Shown here: positions 24,213 through 31,921 of the stretch, one piece after another
How positions within the stretch are numbered: the stretch's first letter is position 1
Layout: every line of letters begins with the position of its first letter
From: Gaiellales bacterium
GTDB lineage: Bacteria > Actinomycetota > Thermoleophilia > Gaiellales > JAICJC01
Reading direction: 5' to 3'
Length of the DNA: 45,958 bases
NCBI GenBank assembly: GCA_035456145.1
Contig: DATIDU010000340.1
Coordinates: 1 to 45,958 of the forward strand
Program-made: the position numbers and the translations under genes
Notes under the pieces: generated by a model
What the model was told of the DNA's origin: nothing
Databases searched by the model: none
Seen by the model: the letters and a program-made list of their open reading frames with translations, nothing else

Positions 24213-25976
24213 ATGAAGATGAGGCGCTCACGGATCGTCATCGGCGCCGTGGTGGTGGGACTCGCGTACGCCGCGCTGGTCGCGGCGGGCGGAGGCCAGA
24301 CCCCCGCGGCGGCCGCAGCGGGCTGCACCAAGCCGCCTCCGGTCTATCCCGAGGCCGACGTCAGGCCCGGACTGCTCGGTACGGGCAAGACCGTGCTCCA
24401 GGGCACCACGCCGACAGCGTTCGGAGTCAAGGTGATCGGCGTCCTCGCGGACGGTGTCGCTCCGGGCATCGACATGTACGTCGTCGAGCTGTCGGGGCCG
24501 GTTGTCACGCAGGCCGGAGGTGTGTTCGCGGGCATCTCCGGGTCGCCGGTGTACGTCGACGGGAAGCTGCTTGGATCGGTCTCCTACAGCCTCACCGGCG
24601 ACTTCACCGTTGCCGGCCTCACTCCGGCTCAGCCGATCGTGAACCTGTTCACCTATCCCCGCGGCGCTGGCTCCGGCGCGATCGTTGCGACGCCGGCCCA
24701 CCGCGTGGCGCTCACGCCTGCGCTCAGGCGGAAGGTCGCCGCGTTCGCTCGCCCGGCCGCAGCGGCGACCGGCAGCATGGCGCCGCTTCGGACACCGATC
24801 GCCGTCTCCGGCCTGCCCGAGGCGGGCCTGCAGCGGCTCCAGAAGGTGTTCGACCGCCACGGGCTCGCCTACACCGCGGTACGCGGCAGCTCCGCGCCCG
24901 CTCCGGGCGCTCCCGTGGGCCCGCCGATCGTCGCCGGCGGCAACTTCGCCGCCACGCAGAGCTTCGGCGACCTGACGTTCTACGGACTCGGCACGGCGAC
25001 CGCCGTCTGTGAGGACGAGATCGTGGCGTTCGGCCATCCGTTCAACCTGACCGGCCCCACGTCGCTCGGGATGAACAACGCCGACACGATCACGATCCTG
25101 AAGGACCCGATCTTCGGCGGCATCAAGCTGGCGAACATCACCGGCTTTCAGGGCATGGTCGACCAGGACCGGCTGGCGGGGATCCGCGGCCTCAGGGGCG
25201 TCGTGCCTCAGCTCACGAGGGTCTCGACGACGATCCACAACGCCGACCTGGGCACGTCCCGCGACGGCCTGACCGACGTCGCCGACCGGATGTTCGGTCC
25301 GCTGATCGCGCAGAACGCGGTGTACGCCGAGAACCTCGTGACGTTCGACCGCGCCGGCTCGGGCTCCGAGAGCATGAGCTGGAGGATCACCGGCAGCTAC
25401 CAGGGTGATCCCTTCACGCTCACCCGAACCAGCGTCGTCTACTCGACGTTCGATATCAACTACGACAGCACGAACGAGCTTCTGAGCGAGCTTGGCGCGC
25501 TGACGTCCAGCAAGTTCGGACCGGCCCACATCGCCGGCATTCACTTCGCCGGCGTCATCACGCAGGCGCAAAAGACCGCCACGGTTGGGCCGATCCAGTC
25601 GGCCAGCAGTCGCCAGCCGGCATTCAAGGTCAGGCGGGTGCTGCACGTCCGCCAGGGCGACACCGTCCGCCTGCGGGTCACGCTGCGGCAGCCGGACGGA
25701 ACGTCCGCTGTCACGGCGATGCGGGTCGAGCTGCCCGCACGCTTCCACGGCGGCGCGCTGGAGGTACGCGGCGGCGTTCCGCCGGAAGGATGCCCGTACT
25801 GTGGGTTCGGCGAGACGTTCCGGACCACCGCGAAGACCTTCGCCCAGCTCGTCGCGCAGTTCCAGAACGGCGAGCACACGAACGACCTGATCGCCCGCAC
25901 CGGCAAGGCGCGGACGACCGTTCAGGAACCGAACCAGATCTTCGGCAGCCGGACGATCGAGCTGGTCGTCGGCTGA
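24213..25976 (+). CDS. secreted (possibly lipo-) protein, putative serine peptidase resembling the SpoIVB/S55 family (587 aa)
   Basis: AGGAGGGG RBS upstream. N-terminal TM/signal with AAAAGC (lipobox-like). GVKVIGVLADG...VVELSGP...GVFAGISGSPVYVDGKLLGSVSY is a protease-like G-x-S-G-S-P motif. A later EIVAFGHPF is present. Confidence 0.45.
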   Translation: MKMRRSRIVIGAVVVGLAYAALVAAGGGQTPAAAAAGCTKPPPVYPEADVRPGLLGTGKTVLQGTTPTAFGVKVIGVLADGVAPGIDMYVVELSGPVVTQAGGVFAGISGSPVYVDGKLLGSVSYSLTGDFTVAGLTPAQPIVNLFTYPRGAGSGAIVATPAHRVALTPALRRKVAAFARPAAAATGSMAPLRTPIAVSGLPEAGLQRLQKVFDRHGLAYTAVRGSSAPAPGAPVGPPIVAGGNFAATQSFGDLTFYGLGTATAVCEDEIVAFGHPFNLTGPTSLGMNNADTITILKDPIFGGIKLANITGFQGMVDQDRLAGIRGLRGVVPQLTRVSTTIHNADLGTSRDGLTDVADRMFGPLIAQNAVYAENLVTFDRAGSGSESMSWRITGSYQGDPFTLTRTSVVYSTFDINYDSTNELLSELGALTSSKFGPAHIAGIHFAGVITQAQKTATVGPIQSASSRQPAFKVRRVLHVRQGDTVRLRVTLRQPDGTSAVTAMRVELPARFHGGALEVRGGVPPEGCPYCGFGETFRTTAKTFAQLVAQFQNGEHTNDLIARTGKARTTVQEPNQIFGSRTIELVVG

Positions 25977-25987
25977 CGCATCGACTC

Positions 25988-26016
25988 GCGGCCTCGCCCA
26001 TCTCGGGCGGGGCCGC
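25988..26016 (+). terminator. hairpin terminator after the S55-like gene
   Basis: gcggcctcgccc (25988-25999) pairs with gggcggggccgc (26005-26016) at 11 of 12 positions. It starts 12 nt after the stop codon. Confidence 0.5.
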
Positions 26017-26070
26017 GGCCTATCATCGCCCCAGGCTGAACGGGCCGGTGGGCGTGGAACGGGGGCAGAG

Positions 26071-27159
26071 ATGATTCGCAAGCTGCAATGCGCAGTCGTG
26101 CTGGCATTGACATGGGCGCTCGTGGTGACGGCGAACGGTGGCGCGGCGGTGACGGTCTCCCAGCAGAGGCTCGTGGCATCCGATCCCGCGCCCTACGCCA
26201 ACTTCGGGTTCGACGTCGACATCTCCGGATCAACGGCGATCGTCGGGGCGATTCAGGCCAACAGGGAAGCCGGGGCCGCCTACGTGTTCGTTCGCGGCGC
26301 GTCGTCCTGGAGGCAGCAGGCCAAGCTGGCGCCGCCGGACGCGTACGACAGCCAGTACTTCGGCGAGTCGGTGGCCGTCTCGGGGAACACGGCCGCGGTG
26401 GGCACCATCTCGGACGGCAACGTGTACGTGTACCTGCGAACGACCGGTCGCTGGCGGCTTCAGCAGGAGCTGCACACCCCGGCGAGCGGTTACCTCGCGC
26501 TCTCGGGCTCGACGCTGGTGACCGAGGGTGGGTACGTCTACTTGCGCTCGGGTTCGATCTGGACGCGCGCCGCTCACCTCGTTCCCGATCTCGGCTACAC
26601 GGCCGCAGGTCCGGTGGGCGTGTCCGGATCGTTGGCGGTGCTCTCGACGACCCAGGGCCCAGGCGTGGTGTTCCGTCACGATGCCGCCGGCTGGACACAG
26701 GAGGTGCGACTGGGATCGCCGGCCGGCGCCGGCTCACCGGAGGTGAGCGTGGCCGGATCGAGCGTGGTGCTGTGTGTCAAGGGATTCGGCGGCACGGCGT
26801 ACCAACGCCATCCGGGAGGCGGCTGGGACAGCCAGGGCACGCTGACGGTGCCCGGTCTGGGCGCCTACAACGGCGTGGGCGCGTCGTGTGCGATCAACGG
26901 CACGACCGCGGTGCTCGGCGCGCCCGGACGGCTCGGCCACTCAGGCGGGATCGAGGTGTTCCACCGGGGCTCAGCGGGTGTGTGGTCGTTCTCGTCTGAG
27001 CTCCATCCCGCAAGCCTCAGGCAGAACGATGGGCTGGGATCCTCGCTGGCGCTCTCCGGGTCGATCACGCGGACCGGATCGACCATCCTCGGCGGGGCGC
27101 CGTTCCTGGACGGCGGCGCCGGGTCGAACATCGGGGCGGTGTTCGCCTTCACCCACTGA
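26071..27159 (+). CDS. secreted FG-GAP-like repeat beta-propeller protein (362 aa)
   Basis: Signal peptide is MIRKLQCAVVLALTWALVVTANGGAA. A unit recurs: [FY]-G-x-[DS]-V-[DA]-[IV]-S-G-x-T-A-x-V-G-A...G-A-A-Y-V-F. Examples are FGFDVDISGSTAIVGA, FGESVAVSGNTAAVGT and GSSLALSGS...ILGGAP. Confidence 0.65.
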   Translation: MIRKLQCAVVLALTWALVVTANGGAAVTVSQQRLVASDPAPYANFGFDVDISGSTAIVGAIQANREAGAAYVFVRGASSWRQQAKLAPPDAYDSQYFGESVAVSGNTAAVGTISDGNVYVYLRTTGRWRLQQELHTPASGYLALSGSTLVTEGGYVYLRSGSIWTRAAHLVPDLGYTAAGPVGVSGSLAVLSTTQGPGVVFRHDAAGWTQEVRLGSPAGAGSPEVSVAGSSVVLCVKGFGGTAYQRHPGGGWDSQGTLTVPGLGAYNGVGASCAINGTTAVLGAPGRLGHSGGIEVFHRGSAGVWSFSSELHPASLRQNDGLGSSLALSGSITRTGSTILGGAPFLDGGAGSNIGAVFAFTH

Positions 27160-27183
27160 CGGAGCCGCGACGGACGTACGGCG

Positions 27184-27420
27184 TTATCCGGAACCCGCCG
27201 GTTGTGTTGACGGCGCAGATCCGACCGGTTCCCTGGGTATCCGACCGGTGAAGAAGAGGCCCAGCACGGCGAACACGGCGAGCACGGCGAGGGCGGCGCG
27301 GAGCCCGTCGATCCGGGCCTCGGCGTTCGCGTCGATCACGGCGTTCACCTCCTGCTCCGGCAGCCCGGCCTTGCTCGCTGCCGCCCTCAGGTCGGAATCC
27401 GAGAGGAAGGGCAGGCCGCT
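27184..27420 (-). pseudogene. probable 3' remnant of a transporter (MFS-like) gene
   Basis: The minus frame ends ...FLSDSDLRAAASKAGLPEQEVNAVIDANAEARIDGLRAALAVLAVFAVLGLFFTGRIPREP. This resembles the last loop plus final TM helix of actinobacterial drug-efflux MFS proteins. No matching upstream transporter body exists; upstream the same frame becomes non-protein-like. Confidence 0.35.
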
Positions 27421-27544
27421 CGCTCCGCTCGCCGGTATCGCGCGACGAGGGTGAGCGCACCGGTTCATCCGATCGGGTCCAGACGCGGCCGATCCGATCG
27501 GTAATATCTGGTCGCGCGATGGCTCGAGCAATCGGACACAGCCC

Positions 27545-27916
27545 GTGCTGAGGGCGATCCTGATCCGCTGGATCGTCGTCGCCGCGGCGTTCGCCGTGAC
27601 GGCGTGGCTCCTCGACGGCGTGACGGTCACCGGCGGCGTCACCGCCTACCTGTGGCTGGCCCTGGAGTTCGGCATCATCAACGCGCTGCTCGGCACCATC
27701 ATCCGCATCCTCACCCTGCCGCTCACCATCCTCACGCTCGGCCTGTTCTCGATCGTCGTGAACGCGATCGTGCTCGAGATCACCGACAGCCTCTCCGGCT
27801 CGCTCGACATCGACTCGTTCTTCTGGACCGCGATCCTTGCGGCGCTCGTGCTCTCGATCGTGATGGTGATCCTCGAGCTCGTGCTGCGCCCCCTGCTCAC
27901 GCCGGCGCAAGCCTGA
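27545..27916 (+). CDS. phage holin family 4_2 / YvlD (DUF360)-like small membrane protein (123 aa)
   Basis: GTG start. Four hydrophobic segments are present. WIVVAAAFAVTAWLLDGVTVTGG...LEFGIINALLGTIIRILTLPLTILTLGLFSIVVNAIVLEITD is the characteristic pattern. Confidence 0.75.
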   Translation: MLRAILIRWIVVAAAFAVTAWLLDGVTVTGGVTAYLWLALEFGIINALLGTIIRILTLPLTILTLGLFSIVVNAIVLEITDSLSGSLDIDSFFWTAILAALVLSIVMVILELVLRPLLTPAQA

Positions 27917-27935
27917 CGGCGGTCAGCGCGGCGCG

Positions 27936-28595
27936 TCACGTGAGAATGTTCACCGCCCGCGCGACGACGAGGATCCCGAGCGCCATCGAGATCGCCTCCT
28001 CGCTCATCATCATCACCTTGGCCCAGGGCTTGAGGGGCGAGACGTCGGTCGGGCTGAACGCCGTCGCCGTGGTGAACGAGAGGTGCAGGTAGTCGACGAA
28101 CACCGGTGACCAGTCCTCGCCGACGTAGTCGGGGTTCGACATCTCGGGGAAGAGGAACGCCGGTCTGGCGGTCGAGCCCGCCGCGCGGGCGGCGGCGCCG
28201 CCGCGGTCGAGATCCCAGTACCAGAGCCCGAAGGCGATGACGTTCGTCAGCCAGATGATGCCGCCGCACGCGAGCAGGACGCGGGCCGTCTGGGTGAACG
28301 GATCGCTGTAGATGATGCTGATCACGAGCCGCACCGACGAGCCGGCGTTCACGAGCGTGATCACCGCGATGAGGACGCCGGTGAGGATGCGCAGCCACCT
28401 CGCCTGGCGATCGATGCGGCCCGGGTCTCCCAGGATCAGGGCGACGGTCATCACCAGGATGACGACGAGGAAGAGCCCGGAGGCGTCGTTGACCCGAAGC
28501 TCCGGCGGCAGAAAGATGCGCAGCACCCCGACCGCCAGCACCGCCGCCGCCATCGGCCAGCGCGACTCCCCCGGTTCGGCTGGGGCCTTCGTCAC
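27936..28595 (-). CDS. DUF1345-like integral membrane protein (219 aa)
   Basis: The GTG start overlaps the upstream stop (GTGA at 28595-28592). ESRWPMAAAVLAVGVL..., TNVIAFGLWYWDLDRGG, FLFPEM..., DYLHLSFTTATAFSPTDVSP and KVMMMSEEAISMALGILVVARAVN are present. The rest of the 845-aa ORF-track entry is antisense read-through. Confidence 0.75.
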   Translation of the reverse strand: MTKAPAEPGESRWPMAAAVLAVGVLRIFLPPELRVNDASGLFLVVILVMTVALILGDPGRIDRQARWLRILTGVLIAVITLVNAGSSVRLVISIIYSDPFTQTARVLLACGGIIWLTNVIAFGLWYWDLDRGGAAARAAGSTARPAFLFPEMSNPDYVGEDWSPVFVDYLHLSFTTATAFSPTDVSPLKPWAKVMMMSEEAISMALGILVVARAVNILT

Positions 28596-29317
28596 GCCGC
28601 TCTTGGGGTCGCCTGGGGGCGCTCCGAGCGCGCGCGCCGCAGGAGCTCGATGCTGACGAGCGCCACCCAGGCCGGGAAGATCAGCACGAACCCCCGGGAG
28701 AAGGACACGCTCAGAAGCAGGGCGAGCGCGACCGCGTAGCCGAGGAGGGCGAGCCAGCGCGGCAGCGTCCCCGTCCGCAGCCCGATCGTGGAGCTGACGA
28801 TCATGAACACGCCGGCCGCGCGGACCGCGTAGACGTAGAGCAGGGTGTACCCGAGGCCGCGGGCGAAGACGACGACGTCGGGGCTCGGCGGAGGTGCGTC
28901 CTGGAACCTGACGGCCGCGAGCGGTGCGCCCGCCGCCGCGGCCGCTGCGAAGAGCATCGCGACGAACAGCAGCCCGCCGCCCAGGAACACCGTCGCGAAG
29001 AAGCGATCCTCGTACGCCCCGATGCGGTGCCGCACGGCCGCGATGAACCAGAGGAAGGCGATCCCGGCGAACGGCACGAGATAGAGCCCGACGATCCCGA
29101 GCGTCCGGCCCCGCCCGTGGACGTACCACGCGGCGATCTGGGCGTCGCTGCTGCCCCTGGCCGGCTGCGGATAGAGCAGGACGACCGACGCGACGAAGAG
29201 CGCAGCGAAGACGAGGCCGGCCACGCCGGCTGAGGCCGGGGTGCGCAGCTCCCGCTCGGCGGCCATGAGCGCCGGAGGCTCGAGCCCGCGCCGAGGTCTG
29301 GCGCTCGGTTCGCCCAT
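28592..29317 (-). CDS. hypothetical polytopic membrane protein (241 aa)
   Basis: ATG 29317. There are about six hydrophobic helices, including GLVFAALFVASVVLLY, GIVGLYLVPFAGIAFLWFIAAV, FLGGGLLFVAMLFAAAAAA, YTLLYVYAVRAAGVFMIVSS, LALLGYAVALALLL and FVLIFPAWVALVSIELL. Confidence 0.65.
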   Translation of the reverse strand: MGEPSARPRRGLEPPALMAAERELRTPASAGVAGLVFAALFVASVVLLYPQPARGSSDAQIAAWYVHGRGRTLGIVGLYLVPFAGIAFLWFIAAVRHRIGAYEDRFFATVFLGGGLLFVAMLFAAAAAAGAPLAAVRFQDAPPPSPDVVVFARGLGYTLLYVYAVRAAGVFMIVSSTIGLRTGTLPRWLALLGYAVALALLLSVSFSRGFVLIFPAWVALVSIELLRRARSERPQATPRAA

Positions 29318-29468
29318 CTGGACGAGTGTTCAGGGGCGACAGGGACACCGCGTCACTCGGATCGGATGATCCGTGGAAACCACGCAGCGAATCTGCGCGA
29401 AAACCCCGATGCGCGGCGCCGAACGCGATGGCAGAGTGCCGCGTTCCACACCAGCGGAGGTGATTGAG

Positions 29469-30524
29469 ATGAAGCGCGTCGTCGTCGATCACTACGGTGG
29501 GCCGGAGGTCGTGAAGGTCGTGGAGGACGAGGATCCCCGACCGGCTCCGGGCGAGGCTCGCGTGCGGGTTCTGGCGGCCGGCGTGTCGTTCACCGATTCC
29601 CAGCTGCGCGCCGGCACGTACATCCCCGGCGGGCCGAAGCCACCGTTCACGCCCGGCTACGAGCTCGTCGGCGTCGTCGAGGAGCTTGGGCGCGGATGTT
29701 CGAAGCTCAAGGTGGGAGACCGCATCGGCGCGTTGACCGTGTGGGGCGCGGACGCGGAGCGCGTATGCGTGCCCGAGGCCGGCGCGGTCAAGGTGCCCGC
29801 GGATCTCGACCCGGCGGAGGTGCTGAGCCTCGTCTTCACCTACATGACCGCCTACCAGGTGCTTCACCGGACGGCGAAGGTGAAGCGTGGGGAGACGCTG
29901 CTCGTGCACGGCGCAGCCGGTAGGGTCGGTATCGCGATGCTCGAGCTGGCGGCGGCGGCCGGGCTGCGCGTCTTCGGCACCGCCTCGGCTCGCGACCGCG
30001 AGAAGGTCGAGCGGCTCGGCGCGACGGCGATCGACTACCGCAACGAGGACTTCCTGGCGAGGGTGCGTGAGATGACCGGCGACGGCGTGGACGTCGTCTC
30101 CGACTCGCTCGGCGGCCCGATCTCGCTGCGCTCGTTCCGCGCGCTGCGGCCGGGTGGACGGCTCGTCGTCTTCGGACGGTACGACACCCTGAAGGACGGC
30201 CACAAGGACTGGCCGGCGGTCATCAAGTGGTACGCCTCGGTGGTGGCCGTCTTCGTCTGGGGGAAGCTGTCCCCACGCCGGCACGTGATGAAGTACCAGA
30301 TCCAGAAGTTCCGCGACTCGGCGGAGCAGCGAACCGGGGCGGTCGGCGGGGTGCCGCGCTACCCCGAGTGGTTCGCGGAGGACTTCGGCGTGCTGCTCGA
30401 GATGCTCCGCCGTGGGGAGGTCCATCCCACGGTCGCCGAGCGCCTGCCGCTCTCGGAGGCCCGTCGCGCGCATGAGCTGCTCGGGAGCGCAGCGTCGAAA
30501 GGCAAGCTCGTGCTCGTGCCCTGA
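29469..30524 (+). CDS. MDR-superfamily zinc-type alcohol dehydrogenase / quinone oxidoreductase (351 aa)
   Basis: GGAGGTG RBS before ATG 29469. The N-terminus is GGPEVVKVVEDEDPRPAPGEARVRVLAAGVSFTD and the Rossmann motif is LLVHGAAGRVGIAMLELA. The C-terminal end is GKLVLVP. Confidence 0.9.
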   Translation: MKRVVVDHYGGPEVVKVVEDEDPRPAPGEARVRVLAAGVSFTDSQLRAGTYIPGGPKPPFTPGYELVGVVEELGRGCSKLKVGDRIGALTVWGADAERVCVPEAGAVKVPADLDPAEVLSLVFTYMTAYQVLHRTAKVKRGETLLVHGAAGRVGIAMLELAAAAGLRVFGTASARDREKVERLGATAIDYRNEDFLARVREMTGDGVDVVSDSLGGPISLRSFRALRPGGRLVVFGRYDTLKDGHKDWPAVIKWYASVVAVFVWGKLSPRRHVMKYQIQKFRDSAEQRTGAVGGVPRYPEWFAEDFGVLLEMLRRGEVHPTVAERLPLSEARRAHELLGSAASKGKLVLVP

Positions 30525-30601
30525 CTGATTGACTCGGAAGCGGACATCCCGTACACCATTGGGAGAGGGCGGGGGGCGCGAGAGAGCCCCGAGGGGGACC
30601 T

Positions 30602-31915
30602 ATGCGCAGGCTCGGCCAGACCCTGGCCCTGTTGGTGACGGCGACATGTGCCGTCGGAGCGGGGGCGTTCATCGCGCTCGCGCTCTACTACCACCGGTTC
30701 GCTACGGAAGTCCGGACGGCGGAGGCGTCCGTCCCGGCGTCCGTGGGTGCAGTGCTGTCGCCGACGGCGGGAGCGCTCGACCAGTCTCAGGTGACCCTCG
30801 TGCGAGCGTCGGGTACGCCCGCAGCGGGTGGCGTCGTGCTGCTCCGCACGGCGCCGCAGGGGGAGACCACCGCGTTTCTTTCGATCCCGCGTAGTGCGGT
30901 CCTCGCAGGGGAGCCCGTGAGCCGTGTTGGCACTGCGGGGCTCGTACGCGAGCTGCGAACGACGCTGGGCATCGGCGTCTCGCATGTGGCGACCATCAAC
31001 CTGGCGAGCGCGTCCACCGACGGCGAGCGGCGTGATCAAGGGGAGCAACAGGTACTCGGCGCCATCGCCGACCAGGCGCTGGCGCCGACGAGCTTTACGC
31101 AGTTCCAAGCGGCAGGGAGGGCAATCGCGCACACCGCCACCGATCTCACCCCTGCCGACCTCGTGGGACTTGTGTGGACCCGTCTGGACGACCATCAGGT
31201 AGTGCGGTGCGCCTTCGTCGAGCATCAGACGATCGATTCGGTGCAGGGCCAAGCTATCGCCGCCGCCTTCCGCGGGCGAGAAGGCGCCGGCCGCGTCTCC
31301 TCGTGCCGCGCGCGAGCGGTCGCGCCGGCCGCGGTCGTTCCACCAAGAGCCGTCGTCGCCATGGTGCAGCAATTCGGGACGTGGGCCTTTGTCCTGAGTG
31401 CGGCCGGGGCGATGCTGATCTCGCTGGGGATGGCTGCGCTCTTCGCCCGTATCCGGTCGGGTGCGGAGACGGCCGCCCCGATGCCGCCGATCGATCCGGT
31501 GGGGCTCGGCCCGACGCTCGCCGTCAGCCTGTCCCGAGTGGTGCCTGCGGCTCCGAGGCTGGGGCGTGTCAACCAGCCGGCGGCAGCTGCGCTCGCCGGA
31601 GCCGTCCGCGGCGCACGCGCCGGCGCGACGGCGACGGTACAGGCATCCATGGCCTCGCTCGGGCGGCGTGCTCGGCCGTTGGCCGCCTACGGCCGTGTCG
31701 GCCTCCGGCGGGTGACGGAGATTCGCGAGTGTGTTTCCGAACGTCATGGTCACGGGCGGCGCAGAGCAGTAGCGCTCATTGGGGCGGCATCGTCGGCGCG
31801 CGCCGGACGCAGATCGCGCGTGCGCAGATTCGTCTACCTGCACCAGGACGCGATATGGATCGGTCTCTGCACCGGAGTCGCGACCGGAATCCTGATCCGG
31901 CTGCTCTGGTCCTGA
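30602..31915 (+). CDS. membrane protein with degenerate LytR-CpsA-Psr (LCP)-like extracytoplasmic domain (437 aa)
   Basis: N-terminal TM is LALLVTATCAVGAGAFIALALYY. VVLLRTAPQGETTAFLSIPRSAV resembles the LCP core strand. Two further TM segments are present (WAFVLSAAGAMLISLGMAALFA, IWIGLCTGVATGILIRLLW). The Arg/Ala-rich middle part gives weaker coding evidence. Confidence 0.5.
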   Translation: MRRLGQTLALLVTATCAVGAGAFIALALYYHRFATEVRTAEASVPASVGAVLSPTAGALDQSQVTLVRASGTPAAGGVVLLRTAPQGETTAFLSIPRSAVLAGEPVSRVGTAGLVRELRTTLGIGVSHVATINLASASTDGERRDQGEQQVLGAIADQALAPTSFTQFQAAGRAIAHTATDLTPADLVGLVWTRLDDHQVVRCAFVEHQTIDSVQGQAIAAAFRGREGAGRVSSCRARAVAPAAVVPPRAVVAMVQQFGTWAFVLSAAGAMLISLGMAALFARIRSGAETAAPMPPIDPVGLGPTLAVSLSRVVPAAPRLGRVNQPAAAALAGAVRGARAGATATVQASMASLGRRARPLAAYGRVGLRRVTEIRECVSERHGHGRRRAVALIGAASSARAGRRSRVRRFVYLHQDAIWIGLCTGVATGILIRLLWS

Positions 31916-31921
31916 CTGTGC

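Noticed and set aside
27149-27910. 253-aa minus ORF rich in Asp/Glu/Arg/His
   Set aside because: It is antisense to the holin-4_2-like gene, whose hydrophobic four-helix product is far more credible. The minus-strand product is charged low-complexity sequence.
27936-30473. 845-aa minus-strand ORF
   Set aside because: It is a composite. Only the last 219 codons (DUF1345-like) look genuine. The upstream part is antisense to the MDR oxidoreductase gene and out of frame with the real membrane-protein gene 28592..29317.
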